This document shows, piece by piece, positions 1-7,547 of a DNA stretch of 10,238 bases; position 1 is the stretch's first letter, and each line of letters starts with the position of its first letter. The notes beneath the pieces were generated by a model that was given only the letters and a program-made list of their open reading frames with translations, did no database searches and was not told where the DNA came from. The stretch is from an uncultured bacterium. GTDB lineage: Bacteria > CAIJMQ01. The position numbers and the translations under genes were made by a program. The stretch lies in NCBI GenBank assembly GCA_964573245.1, contig CAZNJA010000050.1, forward strand, positions 1 to 10,238, read 5' to 3'.

Positions 1-1234
1 CAGAGCGAATAATCAAAAATTTACTGGGGAATCCTATAAAAGGCGGAAGGCCTATTAAGGAAAAGGCGCCAATGGTAAAACCTAAAGAGGATAAAGGCAT
101 CTTTTTCCCCATACCTTCCAGAGATGAGATCTCCATTGAACCTACTCGATAGATCATATATCCTGTAGCCAAAAACAGAAGGGTTTTAGAAAGGGCATGG
201 GTTATAAATTGAAACAAACTTCCTGCTACTCCATAATTTGTTCCGATTCCTAAAGCAAAAAGGATAAGGCCTATCTGACCGATACTTGAGTAAGCAAGAA
301 GCCTTTTTATATTGCTTTGGCTGAAGGCAGATAACTCTCCCACTAACAAGGTTAGAAGACCTAAAAGGACAAGGAAGAGAAATATATTAGATGCCCCAAA
401 AATGGTAAACACAACCCTTGCTACGGCATAAATCCCTATTTTTATGGCTATCCCTGAAAGGACAGCGCTTACGGTAGATGGGGCAGAAGAGTGGGCATCC
501 GGAAGCCATGCATTGAGAGGAAATAAAGCTGCTTCTACTCCGAATCCAGTGATGAATAGAACAAGAGGAACAAATAGTTGAATTGGACCTACTGAATGTA
601 TATTTTTGGCAATATCAGCCATATTAAGAGTTCCAAATTGCCCATAAAGAAGTGCGATTCCAATTAAAATAAAAGCAGAGCCGACAGAACCTTGAATTAG
701 GTATTTAGACGCGGATTCTACGCCTGCCTTATTTCCTAAATATGCAACCAGAGCATAAGAGGAGATGCAGAGAATTTCAAAAAAGACAAAAAGATTAAAT
801 ATATCCCCTGTCAAAACAACGCCTGTGGCACCTGTAAGAAGCAAGAGATAAAGCATATGATACTTCTCACGAGCCCCTTCTTTTGCCCCGTTAGAAATTT
901 TATTATCACCTGCAGAATCTATATTTCTAACGGGGTGAATATAATCCAGCGCATATATAGAGACAAGAAAACCTACCAGAGCGATAATAGTGGAGAATAA
1001 AATACCTACCGGGCCGGCAAATAAATTTATGCAGAAAGGCGGAGGAAATCCTCCAAGGGAAATAACTATAGGTTTTTTTATAACCTCTGGTATTAAAATG
1101 AGGGACACAACAAGATTAAATAGCATAGCAATGGGAGGAATAAACTTTCCTACTCTTTTAGAAATAAATCCAAACAAAGGAATAGAAAAGGCGAATGCCA
1201 AAGGAACAGCAATAAGAAAAATAGGATTTACCAT
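1..1234 (-). CDS. mrpD: Proton-translocating antiporter-like subunit MrpD/MbhH/MbxH (Proton_antipo_M family), 3' end beyond window edge
   Basis: Missing from the ORF track because it has no stop in the window. Manual translation from ATG at 1234 (7-bp overlap with mrpC end, ATGGTAA) gives MVNPIFLIAVPLAFAF...TGDIFNLFVFFEILCISSY...FPLNAWLPDAHSSAP...NIKRLLAYSSIGQIG...THALSKTLLFL...LIGLPPFIGFPSKF, the hallmark NuoL/M/N-MrpD motifs. Confidence 0.95.
   Translation of the reverse strand, partial: MVNPIFLIAVPLAFAFSIPLFGFISKRVGKFIPPIAMLFNLVVSLILIPEVIKKPIVISLGGFPPPFCINLFAGPVGILFSTIIALVGFLVSIYALDYIHPVRNIDSAGDNKISNGAKEGAREKYHMLYLLLLTGATGVVLTGDIFNLFVFFEILCISSYALVAYLGNKAGVESASKYLIQGSVGSAFILIGIALLYGQFGTLNMADIAKNIHSVGPIQLFVPLVLFITGFGVEAALFPLNAWLPDAHSSAPSTVSAVLSGIAIKIGIYAVARVVFTIFGASNIFLFLVLLGLLTLLVGELSAFSQSNIKRLLAYSSIGQIGLILFALGIGTNYGVAGSLFQFITHALSKTLLFLATGYMIYRVGSMEISSLEGMGKKMPLSSLGFTIGAFSLIGLPPFIGFPSKFLIIRS
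886..935. repeat. Palindromic element copy 1 (13-bp perfect inverted repeats, 24-nt spacer) inside mrpD
   Basis: CCCCGTTAGAAAT (886-898) and ATTTCTAACGGGG (923-935) are exact reverse complements. The same terminal sequences recur at 9415-9444. Confidence 0.9.
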
Positions 1235-1569
1235 CTCTGCTCCTTTATCTTTCTCATATCAAGTGTTCCATAATGCTGATATAACCTGATGGCTAAAGAT
1301 AACGCCAGTGCCAGAACTGCCACGCCAATAACAATTGATGTAAGAACAAGTGCCTGGGGAACAGGGTCAACCATATTTTGAGGTTCAAGCCCCGTTTTTG
1401 AAAAAATAGGCGCAGTCCCCTTCTTTACATACCCTATGGTGATAAGCAAAAGATTAACCCCTGTATCCATAATACTAAGCCCTATTATCATTTTAATCAG
1501 ATTATGTTTGGTCAAAAGGACATATAGCCCGATGAGCATGAGTCCGACCGCTGCTATGTAATAAATCAT
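1228..1569 (-). CDS. mrpC: Na+/H+ antiporter subunit C (MrpC/MbhG, NuoK-like)
   Basis: 113 aa with 3 hydrophobic segments; motifs NLIKMIIGL, GTAPI and DPVPQALVLTSIVIG. Confidence 0.95.
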   Translation of the reverse strand: MIYYIAAVGLMLIGLYVLLTKHNLIKMIIGLSIMDTGVNLLLITIGYVKKGTAPIFSKTGLEPQNMVDPVPQALVLTSIVIGVAVLALALSLAIRLYQHYGTLDMRKIKEQRW

Positions 1570-2249
1570 CAGCTTTTCTCCATCAAACCATCAATGATTC
1601 CTGCAAGTTCTGCCCCTACCTTAAATCCAATAACAATATAGATTATAGGAATAATACCTGCGCTTAAAAGAGTATTTGGAATCCCCTTGGGAAGAAAGTT
1701 GAGAAGGAAATATCCGCCTATAGCCAATCCTAAAAACCCTATTATCACGAATATCAGTCCCGCCAAGGATTCTGTAGCTTTGAGGCCTCTCTCATTTATC
1801 CTTTTCCCTGGACAACCTAAATAAATAAGTAAAAAGCCAGAGGCAATTATTGCTCCGCCCTGGAATCCTCCCCCGGGGGTGAGATGTCCGTGTAAAAATA
1901 CATAAGTACCCAAGAGCAAGATAAGAGGGAAAAAAAATTTACAACCAGTAGAAAGAACAAGACTTGAAGGCATAATTTCCCTTTTAGTTTTCTTCTCAAT
2001 TGTTGCCAGAACAACGCCCACTCCTAAGGCAGCAATAAAAAGCACAGTAACCTCACCGAGTGTATCAAACCCTCTATAATTCAAAACTATCGAGGTTACT
2101 ATATTTACTGCACCTGTCTGGTCTATTCCTTTATCTATGTAGTAAGTGCCTACTTTGGTTTTTGGTACAGCAAAGGGAATCTTCCTAAGAGATAAACCAA
2201 TCCCCAAAGCTACAATTACCAGTAAAATAAAACTTATTATTTTTCTCAT
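1569..2249 (-). CDS. mrpB: MrpB-type subunit (MbhE+MbhF-like fusion)
   Basis: N-terminal GAVNIVTSIVLNYRGFDTLGEVTVLF (MbhE-like) plus HGHLTPGGGFQGG (MnhB domain). Confidence 0.92.
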   Translation of the reverse strand: MRKIISFILLVIVALGIGLSLRKIPFAVPKTKVGTYYIDKGIDQTGAVNIVTSIVLNYRGFDTLGEVTVLFIAALGVGVVLATIEKKTKREIMPSSLVLSTGCKFFFPLILLLGTYVFLHGHLTPGGGFQGGAIIASGFLLIYLGCPGKRINERGLKATESLAGLIFVIIGFLGLAIGGYFLLNFLPKGIPNTLLSAGIIPIIYIVIGFKVGAELAGIIDGLMEKS

Positions 2250-2479
2250 TCTTCTCTTTTTGTTCTTCTGATTGCAATAACAAAAATAGCGGTTACCAAC
2301 GCTACGCCGATAGAGGCTTCAGCCATAGCCACATCCGGTGCCTGTAAAAAGTAAAAAAGTATAGCGGCTACTAAACTTACTAAAGCCATAGCAATCACGG
2401 CATTTATCAAATCCTTAAAGACGGAAGCAGCAATTGCTGATACAAGCATTAAAACTGTTAAAAAGAAAACAAATATCAT
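2246..2479 (-). CDS. DUF4040/MbhD-like small membrane subunit
   Basis: 77 aa hydrophobic protein with motif LQAPDVAMAEASIG; ATGA overlaps with both neighbours. Confidence 0.9.
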   Translation of the reverse strand: MIFVFFLTVLMLVSAIAASVFKDLINAVIAMALVSLVAAILFYFLQAPDVAMAEASIGVALVTAIFVIAIRRTKREE

Positions 2480-2838
2480 TGTGTCTCCTCATCTTGTTCT
2501 AACTCATCGTGAAGGGGTTTACACTCCTCAAACTCCTTAGTTTTATCTACAACACTTCTATCACACAGAGGGACACCGCTCTTACAAGATGCCCTGCCTA
2601 AGGCATGATTGGATATTGGATTTGTCGAAAGTATGAACAAGGCAATAATTAAGGTCTTCCAGAACCATGCTGGCTCCATTATTCCTACGCCAATAATGGT
2701 AAAGAAGGAACCAAAAGTAGTACACTTTGTCCCTGCCTGGAGTCTATTATAGACATCGGGTAATCTGAATATTCCCAGACTTCCCAAGAAGAGAAATGTA
2801 ACACCAATTCCTGTAATTATCTTACCTATTAATTGCAT
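2476..2838 (-). CDS. mrpG: Monovalent cation/H+ antiporter subunit G (MrpG/MbhC)
   Basis: Motifs GIFRLPDVYNRLQAGTKCTT and TNPISNHALGRA. Confidence 0.95.
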   Translation of the reverse strand: MQLIGKIITGIGVTFLFLGSLGIFRLPDVYNRLQAGTKCTTFGSFFTIIGVGIMEPAWFWKTLIIALFILSTNPISNHALGRASCKSGVPLCDRSVVDKTKEFEECKPLHDELEQDEETQ

Positions 2839-3090
2839 TTAAATTCCTCTTTCTAAAAACCTCGCTATGGCTACAGAACCTACAAAGGTTAGAACTGCGT
2901 AAACCAGAGAAACATCCAAATAAATATACCTTTTAAAAATATAACCCAACAGAACAAGTAAGGCAACGGTAACTGTAGAGAGCGTATCTAATGCTACTGC
3001 CCTATCTGGAGCGGTAGGTCCTTTGAGCATTCTTAAAAAACAAAGAAAAATAGCTGCACCTATAATTGTCAGAAAAATAATCTCACTCAT
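2839..3090 (-). CDS. mrpF: Monovalent cation/H+ antiporter subunit F (MrpF/MbhB)
   Basis: Motif RMLKGPTAPDRAVALD and C-terminal FVGSVAIARFLERG. Confidence 0.95.
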   Translation of the reverse strand: MSEIIFLTIIGAAIFLCFLRMLKGPTAPDRAVALDTLSTVTVALLVLLGYIFKRYIYLDVSLVYAVLTFVGSVAIARFLERGI

Positions 3091-3587
3091 TCGAATATTA
3101 TCCTTAAATATTTTTCAAATCCTTCACCTATGATTTTTGTTGCCCCTTCTATATTCTCTGTTTTTACATTTATCCAATGTATAAGAAGATTATCACCCAA
3201 TATATCCAAGGTAAAAGTCCCCGGGGTAAGCGTAATAGAATTTGCCAGAACCATTTTTGCAATGTCAGATTTAAGTTTTGTTTTAATAACCACAATTCCC
3301 GGCTTTATGGGCATCTTGGGATGTAAAACTCTATAAGCAACATCTAAATTTGCTTTTATTACCTCCCAAAGAAGAACAAGGATATAAATAACAAAAAAGA
3401 TTATTCTTTTTATACTTACTGGCGGCAACCCAAGCCCAAAATAAGTTTTATTTAAAAATAATGAAAGGATAAAAGAAATGATAATACCCGCAGTAAGTTC
3501 CTGCAGATCGAAGCTTGCGGTAAGAGCAAGCCAAACCAGCATGAGAAATACAAATAAGTATAAGAAGTTTTTTATCAATATTTTCAT
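3087..3587 (-). CDS. mrpE: Na+/H+ antiporter subunit E (MrpE/MbhA)
   Basis: Motifs ANLDVAYRVLHP, PIKPGIV, LANSITLTPGTFTLD and LLIHWI. Confidence 0.95.
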   Translation of the reverse strand: MKILIKNFLYLFVFLMLVWLALTASFDLQELTAGIIISFILSLFLNKTYFGLGLPPVSIKRIIFFVIYILVLLWEVIKANLDVAYRVLHPKMPIKPGIVVIKTKLKSDIAKMVLANSITLTPGTFTLDILGDNLLIHWINVKTENIEGATKIIGEGFEKYLRIIFE

Positions 3588-4528
3588 TATTTCCCTATAA
3601 AATTTTTAATTTGAACTCCCCAGTTTCGCCCCAGCATAGGATGAACAAATCCTCCACCGCCTAGAGCCAAAATCTTGAATTTATGTTCTTTTTGTAAATC
3701 CATAAGAAGCTTTGAAGCGTAATCATAGGCATCTTTAGTTAATTGCATATTGGAAATAGTGCATTCTCTGGAACCATCGACCCCCATTTGTAAGATAACA
3801 ACTTCAGGGGAAAACTTTCCAATTAATTCAGGTATCTGATTAAATTTTGAAATAAACTCAGCATCATCACACAAAGCAGAAAGAGGAAAATTTTTATTAA
3901 ACCCTTCCCCTTTAGCAACTCCTGTTTCATCTTCATATCCTGTTTTAAAGGGATAAAGTGTAGCTGGGTTTTGATGAAAGGAAATAGCATAAACTTGCGA
4001 ACTATCATAAAAAGCCCGCTGGGTACCATCACCATGGTGAGCATCATAGTCTATTATCATAATCCTCTTTACATTTTTTCTTTGCAACAAATAATTAGCA
4101 ACAATAGCTATATCGTTAAATATGCAAAAACCCCTCCCTTTATGTTCAAAAGCATGATGCCATCCTCCGCAAATGTTTATAGCAACATTTGCTCTATTTT
4201 TAATTAAAGCTTCTGCAGCTGATATGGTGGCACTCATACTCAATAAGGCAACATCATAGATGCCTCTAAAACCAGGGACTTCATCTCCGATATCCCCATA
4301 ACCTTCCTTACTTACCTCTTCAACTTTATCCATATAGTCTTGGGCATGGTATAAACTAAGAATATCTTTAGAGATAATTCTGGGATTTTCTATCTTGAGC
4401 TTTCCTATTAAACCCAGCTTTTCAAATTCCAATAGTGCTTTTTCGTAACGGTCACCCCTCATAGGATGCATCGGGCCGAAATCTAGTTTTTTAAAATCCT
4501 TATCATAAATCAGCACTACTTTATTCAT
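3587..4528 (-). CDS. Zn-dependent histone deacetylase/AcuC-family protein
   Basis: HP motif (HPMR), GGWHHA, GFCIFND, IDYDAHHGDG, SFHQ, QMGVD and GGGG(F). Upstream GGGGA RBS; stop overlaps mrpE start (TAATG). Confidence 0.92.
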   Translation of the reverse strand: MNKVVLIYDKDFKKLDFGPMHPMRGDRYEKALLEFEKLGLIGKLKIENPRIISKDILSLYHAQDYMDKVEEVSKEGYGDIGDEVPGFRGIYDVALLSMSATISAAEALIKNRANVAINICGGWHHAFEHKGRGFCIFNDIAIVANYLLQRKNVKRIMIIDYDAHHGDGTQRAFYDSSQVYAISFHQNPATLYPFKTGYEDETGVAKGEGFNKNFPLSALCDDAEFISKFNQIPELIGKFSPEVVILQMGVDGSRECTISNMQLTKDAYDYASKLLMDLQKEHKFKILALGGGGFVHPMLGRNWGVQIKNFIGK

Positions 4529-4542
4529 ATTTCCCCGTCTTT

Positions 4543-5307
4543 TTAAATCCTACTCAACTTAGGAATCTGTCTTTTTCTTGTATGTTCAGCTACCTTTTTA
4601 ATGTCTTCAAGCATTTCTTTACTTACTGGTACTTGAATTTCATTAGGAGGACTTTCCCTATTTTCTATTCTGGATACTCTCAAATATAATTTCATTGGTT
4701 TTTCCATCCGGGCAAACATCAGATTATCAGCTGCCTGTTCCCATCTTTTTATATCCTCGGCAAAAGCACTTGTGCTTACACTAACTATATATGTCCTAAC
4801 ATTATCTTCTTTGATAACTTTCTCCAATTTATCCAAATTGAGCTCTTTGTACGTAGGAGAAAATAACAAAAGGTTTGCAGCCGAAGCAAAAATCAAGGTT
4901 CCTAAATCAGTACGGTTAGTCAAAATATTCTCAGCTTCGTTAATTATTTCATCCCATACATCCGGTTTTATTAAATTAGCTTCTATAATTTTATCCTGAC
5001 CTATTTTATATTTTTCCAAATCAGGATTGAACTGAATATATACTATTTGGCGTGAATACTGCCCAACATCCAGATTATAAAGCTGCTTTAACGCCACCTT
5101 TACCATCTCCATCTTGGGATACTGAAGAGGGATAAATATAACGTTTCCTCCTCCTTTTAGCCAATCGCAGACAAAGGCAAAACCTATCAAAGGCTTCCCG
5201 GAACCTCCTGGTCCACTAATCAAGGTGGTGCCGGGGTAAGGCAATCCTTCCGGCAAAAGCTCATTTGCCCAATTTTGATTTAACTTTAACCGTTTCATAC
5301 CAATCAT
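4543..5307 (-). CDS. RecA-superfamily (KaiC/RAD55-like) ATPase-domain protein with degenerate motifs
   Basis: NELLPEGLPYPGTTLISGPGGSGK resembles the KaiC/RAD55 N-terminus; C-terminal ADNLMFARM...LYLRV strands. Start could alternatively be the ATG at 5298. Confidence 0.75.
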   Translation of the reverse strand: MIGMKRLKLNQNWANELLPEGLPYPGTTLISGPGGSGKPLIGFAFVCDWLKGGGNVIFIPLQYPKMEMVKVALKQLYNLDVGQYSRQIVYIQFNPDLEKYKIGQDKIIEANLIKPDVWDEIINEAENILTNRTDLGTLIFASAANLLLFSPTYKELNLDKLEKVIKEDNVRTYIVSVSTSAFAEDIKRWEQAADNLMFARMEKPMKLYLRVSRIENRESPPNEIQVPVSKEMLEDIKKVAEHTRKRQIPKLSRI

Positions 5308-5370
5308 TTTATTTCAGACTCTGGTTCAATGGGATAAAACTGCATTTGATAAATTTTTTACTAGACTTAA

Positions 5371-7215
5371 TTACCCACGAAAAATTTTATCTATCTTTTT
5401 CCAAATTTCTTTTATACTTTCTGTTAAAGGGGTATCCGTATATTCCACTACGGATAATTTCTGCATTTGGGCCTCTGTAACCTCCTTGCTATAAGGTATT
5501 ACTCCTATAAATTCCGAATTGTATTTTCCTGCTAATTCTCTTATCTTTTGCGTCAATTCTTCATTTAAATCATATTTGTTTACTACGATACCGGATTTAA
5601 CTCCAAAATGTTCAATTACCTGTAATACCCTTTCTAAATCATGCACGCCTGATACGGTGGGTTCGGTAACTGCCAAAGCATAATCGGCTCCTGTAATGGA
5701 AGATATTACCGGACACCCTGTGCCGGGAGCCCCATCCATTATGGCTTCAGTTATCTTATTCTGCTCGGCAAGCAAGGCGGCTTTATCGCGAACTAAAGTA
5801 ACTAACCTGCCTGAATTTTCTTCAGCTACTCCCAATTTAGCATGGCTCATTGGGCCATGTCGGGTATCAGACATAAACCATTCGCCGTTTATAGCAGATT
5901 TGGTTTTTACAGCTCCATATTCACAAACTAATTCACATACACCACATCCTTCACAAGCCAATTTATCGATTCTATATCTCTTTTTACCTTTTTCTTCATA
6001 TTCCTCAATAGCAGAAAACCTACAAGCCTGCTTACACTTGCCGCATTGAGTACACTTATCTTGATCTATTTTTGCTTCTACTCCGCCACTAAAAAAACCT
6101 CTCTCCTTTATTTGAGGAGATAAAATCAAATGCAAGTCTGCCGCATCCACATCGCAATCAGAAATTACACTTGATTCTGCCAAAGCAGCAAAACATGCTG
6201 TCAAGGAAGTTTTACCTGTCCCTCCTTTACCGCTGATCACCACTAACTCTTTAGGCTTTTTAGCTCCAAGCGCACCATATTTTTTTGCTTTTTCAGGAAC
6301 TTTTTCATCAAACAATTTCTCTTTCTTTGCTAACCTTGGTATTTTTCTTTCCTGCGCAGCTAAAGTTAATACCTTACCAGCTAATTTTTCAAATAATTTC
6401 TTTATCTCAGGAAACTGCTCCACTGCTAACTCACCCCGAGAATAACTTTCAGCTATTCGACGTTCATCGGGAATCTCTCCAATTACATCCAACTGCTCAG
6501 TTGAGCAATATTCTTTTAAAGCTGTGTCTTTATATTCAGCACGATTAACCACTATTACCGGTTCTTGCCCTACCTCCCGAGCCATATCTACAGAAAGCTT
6601 TAAATCATTTATACCAAAAGGGGTGGGGTCAGTAACCAATACGCATAAATCGACATCTTTAACTGTTTCTACCACCGGACAACTCGTTCCCGGTGATGAA
6701 TCTAAAATGTTAATGCCTTCTCCTGCATATTCCTTTACTTTTTTTACGAGACGGGGAGACATTCCTCCCTCTGCTGTATCTAAAAGCGCATAATATACTT
6801 TTATGTCTTTGCTTAATCCTTCTTTCATAATACCGATTTTTCTTTCTTTTTCAATAATTGCATCTACAGGACAGACAATTTTACAGCCGCCGCAAACATG
6901 GCAAAGTTCTTTAAATATAAGAACTTTATCTTTAACCATAGCAATAGCATTATATTTGCAAACTTCTGCACACCTGCCGCAGGAAATACATTTTTCTTTG
7001 TCCACCTCCACAGGAGCAATTAAAGTAACACTTTCCTCTTTATTTATAACCGGCTTAAGAAACAGGTGTCCGTTAGGTTCTTCTACATCACAATCTAAAT
7101 AGCAAATTTGACTATATTTCTCAGATAACACTTTTGCCAAATTAGTAGCTATAAAAGTTTTTCCTGTCCCGCCTTTTCCGCTGGAAATAGCAATATCTAT
7201 TCTATCCTTCTTCAT
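5371..7215 (-). CDS. Tandem fusion of two MinD/ParA-superfamily P-loop ATPases, each with an inserted 2x[4Fe-4S] ferredoxin domain (COG1149-like)
   Basis: Two deviant Walker A motifs (SGKGGTGKT), DCDVEEPN and DCDVDAADL, four CxxCxxCxxxC motifs, PGTSCP and PGTGCP, VTDPT and VTEPT. GGGGAAG RBS upstream. Confidence 0.93.
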   Translation of the reverse strand: MKKDRIDIAISSGKGGTGKTFIATNLAKVLSEKYSQICYLDCDVEEPNGHLFLKPVINKEESVTLIAPVEVDKEKCISCGRCAEVCKYNAIAMVKDKVLIFKELCHVCGGCKIVCPVDAIIEKERKIGIMKEGLSKDIKVYYALLDTAEGGMSPRLVKKVKEYAGEGINILDSSPGTSCPVVETVKDVDLCVLVTDPTPFGINDLKLSVDMAREVGQEPVIVVNRAEYKDTALKEYCSTEQLDVIGEIPDERRIAESYSRGELAVEQFPEIKKLFEKLAGKVLTLAAQERKIPRLAKKEKLFDEKVPEKAKKYGALGAKKPKELVVISGKGGTGKTSLTACFAALAESSVISDCDVDAADLHLILSPQIKERGFFSGGVEAKIDQDKCTQCGKCKQACRFSAIEEYEEKGKKRYRIDKLACEGCGVCELVCEYGAVKTKSAINGEWFMSDTRHGPMSHAKLGVAEENSGRLVTLVRDKAALLAEQNKITEAIMDGAPGTGCPVISSITGADYALAVTEPTVSGVHDLERVLQVIEHFGVKSGIVVNKYDLNEELTQKIRELAGKYNSEFIGVIPYSKEVTEAQMQKLSVVEYTDTPLTESIKEIWKKIDKIFRG

Positions 7216-7224
7216 ATCTTCCCC

Positions 7225-7479
7225 CTATTTCGATGCCTCAATTAATTCTATAACCCTTTGACAACTCTCAGGAAGGCTCTGCTGAAATTCGTCGTCTTGT
7301 GGTAAAGCCTGCTTAATAAACTCATTAGTGAAAGGTAAATAATTTATAGTAGTTACCCCTTTCTCAGTATATGCTATTATTTGTTTAGGTTGCAATAATA
7401 CAGCTGCTCTCTCTGTATTTTTTCTCATAGACTTATAAGATCTTTCATAATTACATACTATAATCTGATACAGCCCCCG
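7225..7479 (-). pseudogene. 5'-truncated DUF302-like gene remnant (includes the 67-aa ORF 7225-7428)
   Basis: The frame stays open upstream of ATG 7428 to a TGA at 7480-7482: RGLYQIIVCNYERSYKSMRKNTERAAVLLQPKQIIAYTEKGVTTI. This resembles the YxIxxxCN...LLP..I.VY..G.T pattern of DUF302. No obvious RBS before 7428. Confidence 0.5.
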
Positions 7480-7535
7480 TCACACTTTTCAGGATGACAG
7501 TTTCTGGCATCTATCACTGCTTTCGGTTTAGGCAC
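7458..7535 (-). pseudogene. N-terminal fragment of a small 4Fe-4S ferredoxin
   Basis: AAGGAG RBS (7542-7547), 6-nt spacer, GTG at 7535. Encodes MPKPKAVIDARNCHPEKCDGGCIRL*, a ferredoxin-like AVID..xC.PxxC start that stops after 25 aa. Confidence 0.6.
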
Positions 7536-7547
7536 CGGGTTCTCCTT
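7527..7547. repeat. 21-bp direct repeat copy A (RBS + start codon; overlaps MFS stop)
   Basis: tttaggcaccgggttctcctt; 20/21 identical to 8812-8832. Confidence 0.88.

Noticed and set aside
3823-4047. 74-aa alternative-frame ORF inside the HDAC gene
   Set aside because: Fully nested in a different frame with no family features.
7477-7500. Short hairpin (CTGTCA...TGACGG on the minus strand) near the chimera junction, beside a CCCCCGT that resembles the element arm
   Set aside because: Only a 6-bp stem with a G-U pair, and no matching TTAGA/TCTAACGGGG, so it is not a third element copy.
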